Positions 12,644 to 25,377 of a stretch of 64,000 nt of DNA are shown here, piece after piece. Positions within the stretch are counted from its first letter, which is position 1. The number at the start of each line of letters is the position of its first letter. The notes under the pieces are model-generated. The model worked only from the letters and a program-made list of their open reading frames with translations. It was not told the DNA's origin and made no database searches. This DNA is from Geobacter metallireducens GS-15. Its GTDB lineage: Bacteria > Desulfobacterota > Desulfuromonadia > Geobacterales > Geobacteraceae. Where the stretch lies: the NCBI RefSeq assembly GCF_000012925.1, contig NC_007517.1:70351-134350 (forward strand). Reading direction: 5' to 3'. Position numbers and translations under genes: made by a program.

Positions 12644-13261
12644 GTGTCGTGCACGTTATTCGACAAGCGTTTAGAAATGACAGAGTTGGTTGTCAAGCAG
12701 AGTGAACTCCCGGAGCGGATCAGGACCGCCCTGGCAAACCGGAAGCGGGTACCCATGGCGCCGGGGCCGGTTCCGGCCGCCATCCTCGTTCCCCTCTTCC
12801 TGGAGGGGGGTGAGTACCATATCCTCTTTACCAAGAGGGCGGAGCACCTGAACCATCACCGGGGAGAGATTTCCTTCCCCGGCGGGGTACGCCACCCCGA
12901 CGACGGGGGCCCCCGCGAGACGGCCCTGCGGGAGACCTGGGAAGAAGTTGGCATCAGACCGGGGGATGTGGACGTGCTGGGGGAACTGGATGATTATTTC
13001 TCCATCCACAACTACCTGGTGACGCCGGTGGTGGGGATCTTCCCTCCCCGCTACCCGCTGGAAGTGAACCCGGACGAAATCGAGCGGATCATCACGGTGC
13101 CGCTGACGCATCTCCTCAGGCCGGAAATCTTTCGGGTCGAGGATTGGAACTGGAAGGGACGTACCCATCCGGTCTGTTTTTTCACGTACGAAGGGGACGA
13201 GATCTGGGGGCTGACCGCTGCCATCCTCAAGCAGTTCCTGGATCTGACGTTCCAGCGGTAA
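12644..13261 (+). CDS. NUDIX hydrolase (CoA pyrophosphatase-like)
   Basis: Nudix box GGVRHPDDGGPRETALRETWEEVGI. Start is uncertain (GTG 12644 or ATG 12677). Confidence 0.75.
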   Translation: MSCTLFDKRLEMTELVVKQSELPERIRTALANRKRVPMAPGPVPAAILVPLFLEGGEYHILFTKRAEHLNHHRGEISFPGGVRHPDDGGPRETALRETWEEVGIRPGDVDVLGELDDYFSIHNYLVTPVVGIFPPRYPLEVNPDEIERIITVPLTHLLRPEIFRVEDWNWKGRTHPVCFFTYEGDEIWGLTAAILKQFLDLTFQR

Positions 13262-13315
13262 CGTGTGGAGCAGGAGAAATCGCGTAGCCAGGTGCTACGG
13301 GAGCATAGGGCTGAA

Positions 13316-14260
13316 ATGAAGAAGACAGTCTTGGTTATCGACGACTCGGACACCCTGCGGGAGGAGATCCTCCGGTCACTCCGGGGAGTATCCCTTTTCG
13401 ACACCTACCTGGAGGCCGGTGACGGGCTTGACGGGTTCAAGGTTCTCCTCAACAACCGGGTGGACCTGGTCCTCTGCGACCTGGAAATGCCGCGGATGGA
13501 CGGCTTCCGTTTTCTTACCATGATGCGGGCCCGGGAGGAGTTTCAGGACCTGCCGGTCATCATCCTGACGGGGCGTGAGGACCGGGACACGAAGATTCGT
13601 GGCCTTGAGCAGGGGGCTTCCGACTTCGTGACCAAACCGTTCGACACCGGGGAACTGGTGGCCCGGGTGCGGGTCCAACTCAAGATGAAGGGACTTCAGG
13701 ACGAGTTGAAGCGCTCCAACGAGATGCTGCGTACCCTCTCCATCACCGATCCCCTGACCCACCTCCACAACCGCCGCCACCTCATGGAGATGGTGGATAA
13801 GGAGTTCCAGCGCTCCTCCCGCAAGGGGGCGCCCCTCTCCCTCGTCATCCTCGACATCGACTACTTCAAGAAAATCAACGATACCTACGGGCACCAGGAG
13901 GGGGACCGGGTCCTCACCATCCTGGCCGACATCGTCCGAAGGCGGCTTCGGAGCTACGACCTCGCGGCCCGCTACGGCGGGGAAGAGTTCGTGCTGCTGC
14001 TGCCGGAAACTCCCGTCCAAGAGGCCCTCTCCATAGCTGAGCGGTTGCGGCTGGAGGTTCAGGAACATGTCTTCGAGGGAAGCCTCGGGGGGCTGGTGAT
14101 AACCATCAGTCTTGGCGTGGCCACGTACCCGTCGTCCCGGGTGGAGAGCATCGACTCGCTCTTCAGGCAGGCCGACGAGGCACTCTACCGTGCCAAACAG
14201 GGGGGACGCAACCGCGTTGAGCTCATGGCAGGGGCAAGCATTGAAAAAGGGGTGCCTTAA
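13316..14260 (+). CDS. response regulator receiver + GGDEF diguanylate cyclase
   Basis: REC domain (VLVIDDS...DLVLCDLEMP) followed by GGDEF with an RYGGEEF active site. Confidence 0.85.
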   Translation: MKKTVLVIDDSDTLREEILRSLRGVSLFDTYLEAGDGLDGFKVLLNNRVDLVLCDLEMPRMDGFRFLTMMRAREEFQDLPVIILTGREDRDTKIRGLEQGASDFVTKPFDTGELVARVRVQLKMKGLQDELKRSNEMLRTLSITDPLTHLHNRRHLMEMVDKEFQRSSRKGAPLSLVILDIDYFKKINDTYGHQEGDRVLTILADIVRRRLRSYDLAARYGGEEFVLLLPETPVQEALSIAERLRLEVQEHVFEGSLGGLVITISLGVATYPSSRVESIDSLFRQADEALYRAKQGGRNRVELMAGASIEKGVP

Positions 14261-14292
14261 GGCGCTCAGGTGCTCGTTTCTGACTGACGGAA

Positions 14293-14964
14293 TTATGATG
14301 CCGGCCGTTCCGTAACGTGGCTTCGACAGAAGAGGTGGAGGCCACAGCCGGGGCAGAGGGGGCGCTTGCGGCAGTGGCGCTTGCCGTGCTCCACGATGAG
14401 GGCGTGGTACTCGTTGAAGAGCCGGACGTCGGGCGGCAGGTTGGCCATGAAGAGATCTCGCACCTCATCGTAGCCGGCCGACCCGTTCAGAATCCCCAGG
14501 GCCGCGAAGAGACGCTTCGTGTAGGCATCCACCACGAAGGTCGGTTTCCCCCCCGCGTAGAGAAGGATCGAATCAGCGGTCTCCGGGCCGATCCCCCGCA
14601 CCCCCAGCAGTTCCTCCCGCAACGCGTGCCAATCCCCTGCGAACATCCGCTCCAGGCTTCCCCCGTGCCGTTCCCAGAGATACCCCGCGAAATCCTTGAG
14701 CCGGAGGCTCTTCACATTGAAGTACCCGGCCGGCCGGATGGCCTCCGCCAGGGAGGCGGCCGGCACGTCGCGGAGGGCTTCGGGGGAGAGGAGGCTCTCA
14801 CGCTTCAGGTTTGAGATGGCTTTTTCCACGTTTCCCCAGTTGGTGTTCTGGGTCAGGATTGCGCCGACGCAGACCTCGAAGGGGGTGTCGGCGGGCCACC
14901 AGTGGCGGGGTCCGTAGGCGGCATGGAGGATGTCGAAGATCTCCTGCAGGACCGCGTCGAGCAT
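14293..14964 (-). CDS. endonuclease III-like HhH-GPD base-excision repair protein
   Basis: 223 aa from the internal ATG (MLDAVLQ). HhH-GPD motif LLGVRGIGPETADSIL, and a C-terminal CX6C...C cluster. Its ATG overlaps the glnE stop (ATGA). Confidence 0.7.
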   Translation of the reverse strand: MLDAVLQEIFDILHAAYGPRHWWPADTPFEVCVGAILTQNTNWGNVEKAISNLKRESLLSPEALRDVPAASLAEAIRPAGYFNVKSLRLKDFAGYLWERHGGSLERMFAGDWHALREELLGVRGIGPETADSILLYAGGKPTFVVDAYTKRLFAALGILNGSAGYDEVRDLFMANLPPDVRLFNEYHALIVEHGKRHCRKRPLCPGCGLHLFCRSHVTERPAS

Positions 14965-17900
14965 CAGGCCGTCCCGCCGGGGGAGTCTCCCCCCATAATC
15001 CGCTCGTAGATCCGCCGCACCGCCTCGGTGGTCTCCTCGTACTCCCGCATGAGAAGATCTCCCGGGTGCCGCAGCTTCGGGTCGTAGCCGAGGCGGCGGG
15101 CCAGCTTGTCCAGGTACTCCCGGGGACCCCCCAGGTCGTTGATGGAGTAGTCGTGGATGAGGCGGAGCCGGTTCTCCAGCCGGCGAAGGAACTTGTATCC
15201 CGCTTGGAGCGTCGCGAATTCCTCCTCGGTCAGCACCCCGCAGAGCCGCATCGCCTTCAGGGCCAGGAGCGTGTTGGTGCTCCGGACCTCGGGGAGATTC
15301 ACCCCGTGGCAAAGCTGGAGGTACTGGACCATGAACTCGATGTCCACGATTCCCCCCCGGCCGGTCTTGATGTTGTAGCTCCCCTCTTTCTCCTTGGCCA
15401 GCTCCACCTCCATGCGGGTCCGCAGCCGGTGGATCTCTCCGCGTACCGTCTCGTCGGCGCCGGAGCCGTAGACCGTTCCCCGCATGACCTCCTCGATCTG
15501 GCGCCGCAGGCGCTCGTCGCCAAAGACCACCCGCGCCTTGGTGAGGGCCTGGCGTTCCCAGACCTGGGCCTCCTCCCGGTGGTAGGTCCGGAACGACTCC
15601 AGGGAGGTGACGAGGGGGCCGGCGTTCCCCGAGGGGCGGAGCCGGGTGTCGATTTTGTAGACATACCCCTCGCGGGTGGGGGTGGTGAGGATGGAGATGA
15701 TCTTCTGCCCCAGTTTGGCGAAATACTCCCGGTTCGTTATCTGCTTCTCGCCGTCGGTTTCTCCCTGCTCATCGTAGATGTAGATGATGTCCAGGTCCGA
15801 GTGGTAGTTGAGCTCGTTCCCCCCCATTTTCCCCATGGCCACCACGGCGAAGTGGGCCTGGCGCAGATCGCCGTCGGCGTCCCGGTACATGGGCCTGCCA
15901 AAGCGGGCCAGCTCTTTTTTGCCCATGCGGCAGGCGGCGGAGAGGCAGACCTCGGCGAGCCCCGTCAGCTGGTAGGTGAGTTCCGACTGCCCCAGCTTGC
16001 CGTAGATGTCGGTAAGTCCAATCCGGAGGAATTCTTCGTTGCGGTACCGCCGCAGGATGTCGAGGCGCTCCTCGTAGTCCACTGCCGCGGCGAGCATCCC
16101 TTCCAGTTCTCCTTCCATGGCCTCCCGATCCTTGATGAAGGAGGCGTAGGAACGGGAGACGAGGCTGTCCAGCAGTTCCGGGTGGCCGATGAAGATCTTG
16201 GACAGGAGCTCCGAGGTGGCGAAGAAGGAGACCAGGAGCTTCAGTATCTCCCGGTTCTCGGCCAGGAGGGCGTAGAAGGAGGAGCGGGAGCCCACGGCGC
16301 AGAGGAACCGCTCCAGGTTGGTGAGGGCCATGTCCGGATCGGGGGAGGCAAAGATCTCCTGGAGGAGGAGCGGTGATATCTGCTCCAGAAGCCGCCGGGA
16401 CCGCTCGGTGAGATGGGCCCGGGGAGGGCCGTCCCGCAACAGCAGCAGGTTCTCGTAGGCGGCATCCACGTTCTCGAAGCGCCGCTCCGCCAGCATGTCC
16501 TTGATGAAGTCTGGGTCGGCGCCCCGGTCGAAGAAGTAATACGTCTCCGGCCGCACTTCCTCCTTCAGCTTCTCATCCCGGGAGAGGAAGAGTCCGCCGT
16601 AGATGGACGAGACCCGCTCCCGATGCCCCTCCAGGACCTCTCTGAACTTAGTCAGGCCGTCCTGCCGCAGGTAGCCGCAGCGCCGGGCCAGGGCCAGCAT
16701 CTCGTCGTCCTTCTTGGGAAGGGAGTGGGTTTGGCGCTCCTGGACCACCTGGATCCGGTGCTCCACGGTGCGGAGGAACCGGTAGGCCTCGGCCAGGGCC
16801 GCAGCATCCTCCTCGGCGATGATGCGGCCGTCCTTCAGGGTCTCCAGGGCTTTGAGGGAGTTCCGTTCCCGCAGGGCCGGGTTTTTGCCGGCGTAGACGA
16901 GCTGGAGCGCCTGGATGAAAAACTCGATCTCCCTGATGCCGCCGCGCCCCAGCTTGATGTTCAGCTCCCCCTCCTGCTGCCGGGCCAGGGAGGCGTCGAT
17001 CTTTTTCTTCATGGCCATCATGTCCTCGATCAGGTTGTAATCGAGGTACTTGCGGTAGATGAAGGGCTCGATGGCGGCCAGGATTCGTTTTCCCAGTTCG
17101 ATGGAGCCGGCCACGGGGCGGGCCTTGAGCATGGCGGCCCGCTCCCATGACTGGCCCCAGTACTCATAGTAGGTGACCGCCGAGTGGAACGAGCAGGCCA
17201 TGTCGCCGCTCTTCCCCTCGGGGCGAAGCCCCATGTCGACCCGGAAGACGAAGCCGTCGGCCGTCACCTGGGAGAGCGCCTTGCTGACCATCTCCCCCAG
17301 CTTCACGAAGAAGGCGTGGAGGGTGGTCGTGCCCGTTGCCCCTCCCCGGCCGTCGGGAATGCCTGCCGTCTCCCCCTGGTCCGAGGAGTAGAAGTAGATG
17401 AGATCGATGTCCGAGGAGAAGTTCAGTTCCCGGCCGCCGAACTTCCCCATACCCAGGATGGTGAACTCCGCCTCCCGGAGGCCGTCGGGGGTCTCCATGA
17501 GGGGGAGGCCGTGCTCGGCCACGAGCTTTTTCCGGGCCACGTCGTGGGCCACCTGGAGGGCGGCCGCGGCCAGGGACGACAGCTCCCCCGTTACCTCCTC
17601 CAGGGGGGCGACGCCGGTCAGGTCCCGGGCCGCGATCCGGAGGATCTCCATGAACTTGAAACGGCGCAGGAGCGGGAAGAGGGCGGCGTAGTCGGTATCC
17701 TTCGGCACCTGGGCGCGGAGCTCCGCCAGCATCTCCGTCTCGCTCCGGCGGATTGCCAGTGCTTTGCGGATAAAGAGATAGTGGAAGTAGGAGGGGTCGC
17801 GGCAGAGGATGTTGACCAGGAAGGGGGAGGAGCCGCAGATGGTGAGGAGCTGGGAGAGCCCGTCCCGCCGGGAGCAGACGTCGAGGAGCTCGTCCCGGTC

Positions 17901-18155
17901 CGCCACGCCGCTCACCCGCTCCAGCCCGTTCAGGGCCATGTCCGCCTGGGGCGCGGCCAGGGAGGCGGCGGCGATGCCGCGGACGAGGCTGTCGGGGAAG
18001 ACATGCTGAAGGAGGCGGAGGTTCGTGGCCGACCGGGCCGCGTAGGTGAACCCCAGCTCCTCCAGGAGCGCCATGAGGAGCTGGTCGTTGTCGATGTCGG
18101 GGGAGGTGCCGATGGCCTCCTCCAGGCGGCGGGCCAGGGAATCGGTAGGGGTCAT
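14964..18155 (-). CDS. glnE: glutamine synthetase adenylyltransferase/adenylyl-removing enzyme
   Basis: ~1060 aa with two nucleotidyltransferase (GlnE) domains. Start taken at MTPTDSL, which overlaps the mtnA stop. The longer ORF prefix is a proline/arginine-rich frame artefact. Confidence 0.85.
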   Translation of the reverse strand: MTPTDSLARRLEEAIGTSPDIDNDQLLMALLEELGFTYAARSATNLRLLQHVFPDSLVRGIAAASLAAPQADMALNGLERVSGVADRDELLDVCSRRDGLSQLLTICGSSPFLVNILCRDPSYFHYLFIRKALAIRRSETEMLAELRAQVPKDTDYAALFPLLRRFKFMEILRIAARDLTGVAPLEEVTGELSSLAAAALQVAHDVARKKLVAEHGLPLMETPDGLREAEFTILGMGKFGGRELNFSSDIDLIYFYSSDQGETAGIPDGRGGATGTTTLHAFFVKLGEMVSKALSQVTADGFVFRVDMGLRPEGKSGDMACSFHSAVTYYEYWGQSWERAAMLKARPVAGSIELGKRILAAIEPFIYRKYLDYNLIEDMMAMKKKIDASLARQQEGELNIKLGRGGIREIEFFIQALQLVYAGKNPALRERNSLKALETLKDGRIIAEEDAAALAEAYRFLRTVEHRIQVVQERQTHSLPKKDDEMLALARRCGYLRQDGLTKFREVLEGHRERVSSIYGGLFLSRDEKLKEEVRPETYYFFDRGADPDFIKDMLAERRFENVDAAYENLLLLRDGPPRAHLTERSRRLLEQISPLLLQEIFASPDPDMALTNLERFLCAVGSRSSFYALLAENREILKLLVSFFATSELLSKIFIGHPELLDSLVSRSYASFIKDREAMEGELEGMLAAAVDYEERLDILRRYRNEEFLRIGLTDIYGKLGQSELTYQLTGLAEVCLSAACRMGKKELARFGRPMYRDADGDLRQAHFAVVAMGKMGGNELNYHSDLDIIYIYDEQGETDGEKQITNREYFAKLGQKIISILTTPTREGYVYKIDTRLRPSGNAGPLVTSLESFRTYHREEAQVWERQALTKARVVFGDERLRRQIEEVMRGTVYGSGADETVRGEIHRLRTRMEVELAKEKEGSYNIKTGRGGIVDIEFMVQYLQLCHGVNLPEVRSTNTLLALKAMRLCGVLTEEEFATLQAGYKFLRRLENRLRLIHDYSINDLGGPREYLDKLARRLGYDPKLRHPGDLLMREYEETTEAVRRIYERIMGGDSPGGTA

Positions 18156-19192
18156 GGTTTCACGAGGGCCTTGAGCTTCGCCGTGTAATCGCCGGTAATC
18201 ACCCCCTTCTCGGTGATGATGCCGGCGATGTAGCGGGCCGGCGTCACGTCGAAGGCGGGATTGCGGACCGCGATCCCCTCCGGCGCCACGGGAAGCCCCT
18301 GGAGGTGGGTCACCTCCCGGGCGTGGCGCTCCTCGATGGGGATCTGGTCGCCGTTTTCGAGCGACAGGTCGAGGGTGGAGGTGGGGGCCGCCACGTAGAA
18401 GGGGATGTTGTTTTCCTTGGCCAGAACCGCCACGCTGTAGGTGCCGATCTTGTTGGCCGTGTCGCCGTTGGCCGCGATCCGGTCGGCTCCCACCACGCAG
18501 CAGGTGATCTCGCCCCGCTTCATGAAGAAGCCGGCCATGTTGTCGGAAATGAGGGTCACGGGGATGCCGTCCTTCATGAGCTCCCACGCCGTGAGCCGCG
18601 CCCCCTGGAGCCAGGGGCGGGTCTCGTCGGCGAAGACCTGGATGTTCTTCCCCGCCTCGTGGGCCGCCCGGATGACCCCCAGGGCCGTACCGTAGCCGGC
18701 CGTGGCAAGGCCGCCGGCGTTGCAGTGGGTGAGTACCGTGGCCCCCTCGGGGATCAGGCCGGCGCCGTGGCGGCCGATGGCCTTGCAGAGCGCCAGATCC
18801 TCCTCCTCGATGCGGATCGCCTCGGCCTTGAGGACTTCGCGCACCTCGTCCAGGGAACCGCCGCAGTTATCGGCGGCCACCCGTTTCATACGCTCGATGG
18901 CCCAGAAGAGGTTCACGGCCGTGGGGCGGGTGCGGGCCAGGACGTCGCAGACGTTATCCAGCTGCCGCAGGAACGACTCGTGGGTATCCGCGATGATCTC
19001 CCTGGCCCCCAGGGCCACACCCATGGCCGCCGCCACCCCGATGGCCGGCGCCCCCCGGATGATCATCCCCCGGATCGCCTCGGCCACACTCTTGTAGTCG
19101 CCGTACTCGCAGTAGACCTCTTCGCCCGGAAGCCGGGTCTGGTCGATCATTATTACCTTGTCGTCGCGCCATTCGATAGTTCTAAAGGACAT
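18152..19192 (-). CDS. mtnA: methylthioribose-1-phosphate isomerase
   Basis: 346 aa eIF-2B alpha/beta/delta-like fold, MtnA type. Confidence 0.85.
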   Translation of the reverse strand: MSFRTIEWRDDKVIMIDQTRLPGEEVYCEYGDYKSVAEAIRGMIIRGAPAIGVAAAMGVALGAREIIADTHESFLRQLDNVCDVLARTRPTAVNLFWAIERMKRVAADNCGGSLDEVREVLKAEAIRIEEEDLALCKAIGRHGAGLIPEGATVLTHCNAGGLATAGYGTALGVIRAAHEAGKNIQVFADETRPWLQGARLTAWELMKDGIPVTLISDNMAGFFMKRGEITCCVVGADRIAANGDTANKIGTYSVAVLAKENNIPFYVAAPTSTLDLSLENGDQIPIEERHAREVTHLQGLPVAPEGIAVRNPAFDVTPARYIAGIITEKGVITGDYTAKLKALVKP

Positions 19193-19251
19193 AAATAACC
19201 CTCACAATCTGCCACAGAGACACGGAGACACAGAGAACAGCAAGTTGAATC

Positions 19252-20691
19252 TCACCCCTTGAGCTTCTTCAGTAACAGCTCGTTCACCACCGCCGGGTTC
19301 GCCTTCCCCTTGGAGGCCCGCATCACCTGCCCCACGAAGAAGCCGAAGACCTTCTCCTTGCCGCCGCGGAACTCCTCCACCTGCCCCATGTTGGCGGCCA
19401 TGATCTCGTCGATGATCTTCTCGATGGCGCCGGTGTCGGAGACCTGGACGAGCCCCTTCTCCTCCACGATGGCCTCGGGGGCCTTGTCGTTCGTCCACAT
19501 CTCGTCGAAGACGGTCTTGGCGATTTTGCCCGAGATGGTCCCCTTCTCGATGAGCTGGAGCAGGGCCGTGAGGCGCTCCGGCGTCACCGGGCAGTCGGCG
19601 ATTCCCGTGCCCGCCTCGTTGAGGGAGCGAGTCACCTCACCCATCACCCAGTTGGCGGCCCCCTTGGCCGGGGCGCCGGCGGCGAGGCACGCTTCGAAGT
19701 ACTCGGCCATTTCCCGCGTCGCGGTCAGGACCTCGGCGTCGTAGTCGGAAAGCCCCAAGTCGGAGCGGTAGCGATTGCGCCGGGCCTCGGGGAGTTCGGG
19801 GAGCGACAGGGCCACGTCGGCCACCCAGTCGTTGGAGATGACGAGCGGCACGAGATCGGGATCGGGGAAGTAGCGGTAGTCGTGGGCCTCCTCCTTGCCG
19901 CGCATGGAGCGGGTTTCGCCGCTGTCCGGGTTGAAGAGGCGGGTCTCCTGGACCACCTTCCCCCCCTCCTCGATGAGCTCGATCTGCCGCTCGATCTCGT
20001 ACTCGATGGCCTGTTTCACGAAGCGGAAGGAGTTGACGTTCTTGGTCTCGGTGCGGGTCCCGAAAGTCGTGGAGCCCACCGGCATCACCGACACGTTGGC
20101 GTCGCAGCGGAAGCTCCCCTCCTCCATGTTCCCGTCGCAGATGCCGAGGTAGACCACGATCTGATGGAGCTTCTTCAGGTAGGCCACCGCTTCGTCGGCG
20201 CTGCGGATGTCCGGCTCCGACACGATTTCCAGGAGCGGCGTGCAGGCCCGGTTCAGGTCCACCCCGGAGCCGCTTCCCAGGCCGGGGATGTCGCTGTGGA
20301 CCAGCTTGCCGGCGTCCTCCTCCATGTGGATGCGGGTGATGCCGATCCGCTTAGTCTCACCCTCCACCTCGATGTCCAGGTGGCCGTTCTGGCAGATGGG
20401 GAGTTCGAACTGGCTGATCTGGTACCCCTTGGGGAGGTCCGGGTAGAAGTAGTTCTTCCGGGCGAAGACGCTGCGCGGCGCGATCCGGCAGTTGGTGGCG
20501 AGACCGGCCTTGATGGCGAACTCCACCACCTTCCGGTTCAGGACCGGCAGGGCGCCGGGCATCCCGAGGCAGACCGGGCAGGTCTGGGAGTTGGGGCTGG
20601 CACCGAACTGGGTGGAGCAGCCGCAGAAGATCTTGGTGTCGGTTTTCAGCTGGACGTGGACTTCAAGGCCGATGACGGCTTGGTAGTTCAT
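19252..20691 (-). CDS. gatB: Asp/Glu-tRNA(Asn/Gln) amidotransferase subunit B
   Basis: 479 aa. [16 protein letters not shown]-terminus with a GatB/YqeY C-terminal domain. Confidence 0.95.
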
Positions 20692-20752
20692 TCGGTTTCT
20701 CCTGGTTCAGGGAGTTCGGATAGTAGCTTTTTCTGTTTTTTCTCCAACTTCT

Positions 20753-21124
20753 TTATGCTGTCGGCAACCGGCAATAGGTCTGGCCAAGGGCGACGATTTC
20801 TTTGCTGGGGTCGGCATTTTGAACGATCAAATAACAGGCGTAGCGGGATAGAAATACCGATTTTACCTGGCGTTTCGCGCCACTGCCGAGATCGACCATT
20901 TCGGTGACGTCAACGAAATGGTCATCTATCCGCTGGCCGCTGTTGAAGCAGGCGGTACGTGCCTTGGTGACTACCTGCTCGAAGTTGCGATAGTCAGCAT
21001 AATCCAGAATCTGGGCAAAATCGCGGCTTGACCAGAATTCACTGCCCGCGTCATTGGTGCGTTTGATCTGCTCGAAGGGAGAGACGTGTTTACCGGCAAT
21101 GTCTTTCGATAATCGTTTGCTCAT
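20753..21124 (-). CDS. DinD-like / Bro-N (KilA-N) domain protein, ~50% GC
   Basis: 123 aa from the ATG at 21124 (RBS gaggg). Sequence MSKRLSKDIAGKHVSPFEQIKRTNDAGSEFWSSRDFAQILDY resembles E. coli DinD and Bro-N domains. GC is markedly lower than the flanking gat genes. Confidence 0.6.
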   Translation of the reverse strand: MSKRLSKDIAGKHVSPFEQIKRTNDAGSEFWSSRDFAQILDYADYRNFEQVVTKARTACFNSGQRIDDHFVDVTEMVDLGSGAKRQVKSVFLSRYACYLIVQNADPSKEIVALGQTYCRLPTA

Positions 21125-21162
21125 TTCAGAGCCCTCACCATTCCCGCCTTTTGTGATCGCCC

Positions 21163-22620
<1,458 letters not shown>

Positions 22621-22791
22621 GGGGTCTCCGATGCGTGCGATTTTACTTTTCCGTCTCCCTCCCCAGGGAGTTGTTCGTTATGGTGGCGCTCGTCTCCACC
22701 GACCCGTGGAAGCTCGACGTGAAGCAGCCGGCCAGGGGAAGCGCAGCAGCAAGGACAAGGAGCCCAAGGAGCAGTCGGTGGGAGCAGGGAT

Positions 22792-23079
22792 TCACTCGAT
22801 CACCTTCGGCACCCGGAAGAATCCTTCCACCCGGTCCGGGGCGTTGGCCAGGGCGTTCTCCACGCCGATGGAGGGGCGGACCGCGTCGTCCCGGAAGGCG
22901 TTTTCCACCGGCACCGCGTGGGAAGTGGGGATGATGCCGCTCGTGTCCAGCTCGTTCAGCTTTTCCACGTAGGCGAGGATGGCGTCCATCTGGCCGGTGA
23001 AGGTCTCCGTCTCCTCCGGGGTCAGCTCAAGGCGTGCCAGGAGGGCAACGGCGTCGACTTCGGCTTTGGTTATCTTCAT
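22792..23079 (-). CDS. gatC: Glu-tRNA(Gln) amidotransferase subunit C
   Basis: 95 aa from MKITKAEV. GatC-like and adjacent to gatA. Confidence 0.85.
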   Translation of the reverse strand: MKITKAEVDAVALLARLELTPEETETFTGQMDAILAYVEKLNELDTSGIIPTSHAVPVENAFRDDAVRPSIGVENALANAPDRVEGFFRVPKVIE

Positions 23080-23238
23080 GGGGGATCTCCGTGGGGTGAA
23101 CCTGGTGAAATGAACGGTATTTTGTAGCACGAACAGGGGAAAATGACAAGGCGACGCGGCCATGAATGCCGCGGCTCATCGTTCAAACGGCCGGGATGCG
23201 TTCGCTTCTCTCTTGTGGCTGTGGGCTGGTCGGGAAAT

Positions 23239-25224
23239 TCAGAGCGCGGAAGGGGTGACCCCGCCACCGCCGGGGGCCGGGGGGAGATTGCGGAGGATGA
23301 CGTTGTACAGCTCCCCTGCCCGGACCGGCTTGGAGATGAAATCGTTCATCCCCGCCTCGTGGCAGACTTTCTCGTACCCCTTGAGGGCGTGGGCGGTCAT
23401 GGCGATGACTGGCGTGGTCTGGTCGATGCCCCTCTCTGAGCCGCTCCGTATCACGCGGGTCGCCTCCAGGCCGTCCAGCACCGGCATCTGGATATCCATC
23501 AGCACCACGTCGAATCGCTCCCCCTTCATGGCGCTCACGACATCGCCGCCGTTCTCCACCGCAACAACCTGGCACCCCATCATCTCCAGGAGGAGCCGGG
23601 AAACCTTGAGATTCATGGGATTATCCTCGGCGAGAAGGATCTTCACCTCCCGGCCAAACCGGGGTATCCCTGCCTGCCTGATTTCCCGGTTCTGGAGAGC
23701 GCAGGTCCCCAACCGGGCCGTGAACCGGAAGGTGCTCCCAACTCCGACGGCGCTCTTTACGGAGATATCCCCTCCCATCATCGACACCAGGGCGCGGCAA
23801 ATGGCGAGCCCCAGCCCCGACCCCCCGTATTTCCTGGTGGTGGAGCCGTCGGCCTGGGTGAACGACTCGAATATGAGGGAGAGCTTGTCGGCGGGGATGC
23901 CGATGCCGGTGTCCGAAACCGTGAAGAGCAGCATCACGCCGTCGTCCGTGCCGGAAGAGGGGGCGCGCTCCACCTTCAGGCCCACTTCTCCCTTGGCGGT
24001 GAACTTGACGGCATTGCTGAGGAGGTTGATCAGCACCTGCCGCAGGCGGGTTGGATCGCCGATGAATGCCTCCGGGAGGTCCCGTGCCACGTCGAGGATC
24101 AGCTCCAGCCCCTTGCCGTGGGCCTGGGGGGCTACCACGTCCAGGGCTCCCTCCACGGTGTTCCGGAGGTCGAAGGGGACCTTCTCCAGCAAGAGGCGCC
24201 CGGCCTCGATCCTCGAGAAATCCAGGATATCGTTCAGCAGCCCCAGCAGGCTCTCGGCCGATGAACCGATGATCTCCAGGTTTTCGCGCTGGGAGGGTGA
24301 AAGGGGCGTTTCCAGGGTCAGTTCGGTCATGCCGATGATGGCGTTCATGGGGGTCCGGATCTCGTGGCTCATGTTGGCCAGGAACTCCCCCTTCATCCTG
24401 CTGGCGGACTCCGCTTCGTCTCGGGAACGCTTCAGGTCGTTGACCATCCGCTCGATGGTATGGAGCACCTGGTGTGTCTCGTCATGGCTTTTGTCCTCCA
24501 CCACCGACGTGTCGTGCCCCATGGCGGCGGCCGCACAGAAGAGCGCCTGCCGGAGGGGGCGGTTGATGCGGTAGGCGGCATAGGCGGAAAAGACCACGGA
24601 GAGAAGCAGCGTCACCAGTGCCCCCGTTATGACTCGCGCCTCCAGCATGGAAATTTCGTCCTGCACGTCGTCCAGGTATACGCCGCTCCCCAGAACCCAC
24701 TGCCACGGCTCAAAGAGGGAAACATAGGACACTTTGCGGCTCGGCTCTTGTTCGCCCGGGCGGGGCCAGAGGTAGTCGACTTCTCCCTTCCCCTCCCGGC
24801 GCACAAGGTTGTTCATGGTCAGGAAGAGGGGCTTCCCCCGGGCGTCGGCCAAGCGGGTGAGATAGTGCCCCTCCAATTCGGGTTGCAGGGGGTGCATCAC
24901 CATCCTGTTCTCCAGGTCATGGACCCAGACGTAGCCGTTGACATTGTAGCGCAATGCACGAAGGGTATTCACGGCCAGTCTGCGGGCCTCTGGCTCGGAG
25001 AGCTCCCCCCGGAGTTGGAGGGAATGGTAGTGGGCGGCTATGGAGCGTGCCGCGTCCACGATATGGCTCGCGTTATCCGTCCGCTCGTGGATCAGCTTCG
25101 ATTCCAGAAGCGGCAGGAAGAACCCCAGCAGCCCCGCTATGATGACGAACACCGCCACCGTCGACATGAGGAATATTTTCGTGAAGAGTCGCCAGTTGCG
25201 TATCCGCCAGGTTTCGAGATTCAT
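23239..25224 (-). CDS. hybrid sensor histidine kinase (Cache-like periplasmic domain, HisKA, HATPase_c, C-terminal receiver)
   Basis: H-box SHEIRTPMNAI, N/G boxes and a C-terminal REC (ILLAEDNPMN...VLMDIQMP). Two TM segments bracket the sensor domain. Start taken at MNLETW, with RBS gaagga. Confidence 0.8.
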   Translation of the reverse strand: MNLETWRIRNWRLFTKIFLMSTVAVFVIIAGLLGFFLPLLESKLIHERTDNASHIVDAARSIAAHYHSLQLRGELSEPEARRLAVNTLRALRYNVNGYVWVHDLENRMVMHPLQPELEGHYLTRLADARGKPLFLTMNNLVRREGKGEVDYLWPRPGEQEPSRKVSYVSLFEPWQWVLGSGVYLDDVQDEISMLEARVITGALVTLLLSVVFSAYAAYRINRPLRQALFCAAAAMGHDTSVVEDKSHDETHQVLHTIERMVNDLKRSRDEAESASRMKGEFLANMSHEIRTPMNAIIGMTELTLETPLSPSQRENLEIIGSSAESLLGLLNDILDFSRIEAGRLLLEKVPFDLRNTVEGALDVVAPQAHGKGLELILDVARDLPEAFIGDPTRLRQVLINLLSNAVKFTAKGEVGLKVERAPSSGTDDGVMLLFTVSDTGIGIPADKLSLIFESFTQADGSTTRKYGGSGLGLAICRALVSMMGGDISVKSAVGVGSTFRFTARLGTCALQNREIRQAGIPRFGREVKILLAEDNPMNLKVSRLLLEMMGCQVVAVENGGDVVSAMKGERFDVVLMDIQMPVLDGLEATRVIRSGSERGIDQTTPVIAMTAHALKGYEKVCHEAGMNDFISKPVRAGELYNVILRNLPPAPGGGGVTPSAL

Positions 25225-25377
25225 GGCCCGCAGCAGTCCTTCTGCCGAACGATGGAAGGCATCAAAGGTGGGAGTCGTGCCGGGTTCCGGCACCGCGCAT
25301 CATTACTCTCTTTTCGGCAAAAAAACGGCATCCTTGAGAATTTTCTCACTTCACATCACGTCACATTCCCGGAATCT

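Noticed and set aside
14964-18587. Full 1207-aa glnE ORF, and likewise the 339-aa endonuclease III-like and 627-aa M48 ORFs, as the true gene lengths.
   Set aside because: The N-terminal extensions are Arg/Gly/Pro-rich frame artefacts overlapping the upstream gene. The internal ATGs coincide with upstream stop codons (ATGA coupling) and with the start of recognisable homology.
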